64,000 bases of DNA, from NCBI GenBank assembly GCA_030390025.1, contig CM059432.1, positions 59,336,001 to 59,400,000 of the forward strand, read 5' to 3'. The notes under the pieces were generated by a model that did no database searches, had not been told where the DNA came from, and worked only from the letters and a program-made list of their open reading frames with translations. The translations under genes were made by a program, and so were the position numbers. This DNA is from Squalus acanthias (Eukaryota). Positions 63,135-64,000 of the stretch are shown piece after piece (position 1 is the stretch's first letter; every line of letters starts with the position of its first letter).

Positions 63135-63440
63135 GACATAAGAACATAAGAAATAGGAGCAGGAGTAGGCCAATTGGCCCCTCGAGCCTGCTCCGCCATT
63201 CAATAAGATCATGGCTGATCTGATCCTAACCGCCAATCTACTATCACAGAACCATCTCCTGAACCTAACAGAATTGGACACACGAAATAGGAGCAGGATC
63301 AGGCTACACGGCCCCTGGGCCCGCTACGCTACCCACAGGGCCATGACTGAGCCGAACCTAGACTCATGTCCAAATTCCTGCCTGCTCCCCATAACCCTTA
63401 ATTCCCTTTACTTCTAGGAAACTGTCTATTTCTGTTTTAA
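63135..63440 (-). mobile_element. Two short CR1 3'-end fragments
   Basis: ACATAAGAACATAAGAAATAGGAGCAGGAGTAGGCC tail, with a second GAAATAGGAGCAGGA start near 63284. Confidence 0.75.
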
Positions 63441-64000
63441 ATTATGGACATGGTTTCATACCACAAAAGTGGCCCATTACTGGTGTAACACCACATCTCG
63501 TTTTCTGCATTTCTAGATTGGGCCCATTTTCAGGAGTCCACTTATGGAAGAAACCAGTGGCACTGAACCAAAAATAGAATATCCAAAATTTATAACAGTT
63601 GAGCATACAGGATCAACACGCATCAAAAATGAACAATTTTAACTAAACAAATGTGATCCTGAATGGATTAATAAACAAATTAAAAGTGAGATAATGAGGA
63701 AAAATTGGCATAGCAGCGGAGGCTGATTTCTGAAGCAATGACAATCATTATATGGGAGCCAATGGACATTGGAGAGGTGCCAGAAGATTGGAATTGGTGT
63801 GGTGTCCATATTCAAAAAGGGTGACAAAACAGATACGGGGAACTGCAGACCCATTAGTCTTCCATTCCATGTAAAATTATGGAATTGATTGCCAGGTGTA
63901 AATTTGAGGCCCATCTCTACAGCTATAACCTATTTAAATTAAAATTCCACATAAAATGCTCTTAGTTAAACTCAAAGTTATGGGCATTCAGGATAAACAC

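Overview
This is eukaryotic, repeat-dominated DNA, almost certainly from a cartilaginous fish (shark). That call is inferred from the CR1/HER1-like LINEs with (TTCTTATG)n tails, Deu-domain tRNA-SINEs and shark-type Penelope elements. I recognise no host protein-coding exon; every long ORF is transposon-derived. Contents: 5'-truncated CR1 LINEs (one with a stop-free 461-aa RT segment), a second LINE family, an L2 scrap, DeuSINEs, an older tRNA-SINE, PIF/Harbinger remnants (Myb/SANT-like and DDE genes) with many MITEs, two hAT MITEs, pogo/Tigger-like MITEs and a 780-bp solo LTR. Two Penelope-like families carry minimal hammerhead ribozymes. Most notable: two apparently independent palindromic Penelope insertions (about 0.2 kb and 1.2 kb) sit within about 4 nt of the same site in the Deu domain of two different SINE copies, in the same orientation, and that site resembles the element's own sequence. 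All family names come from recall and motif recognition, not database searches, and the boundaries of old repeats are approximate.
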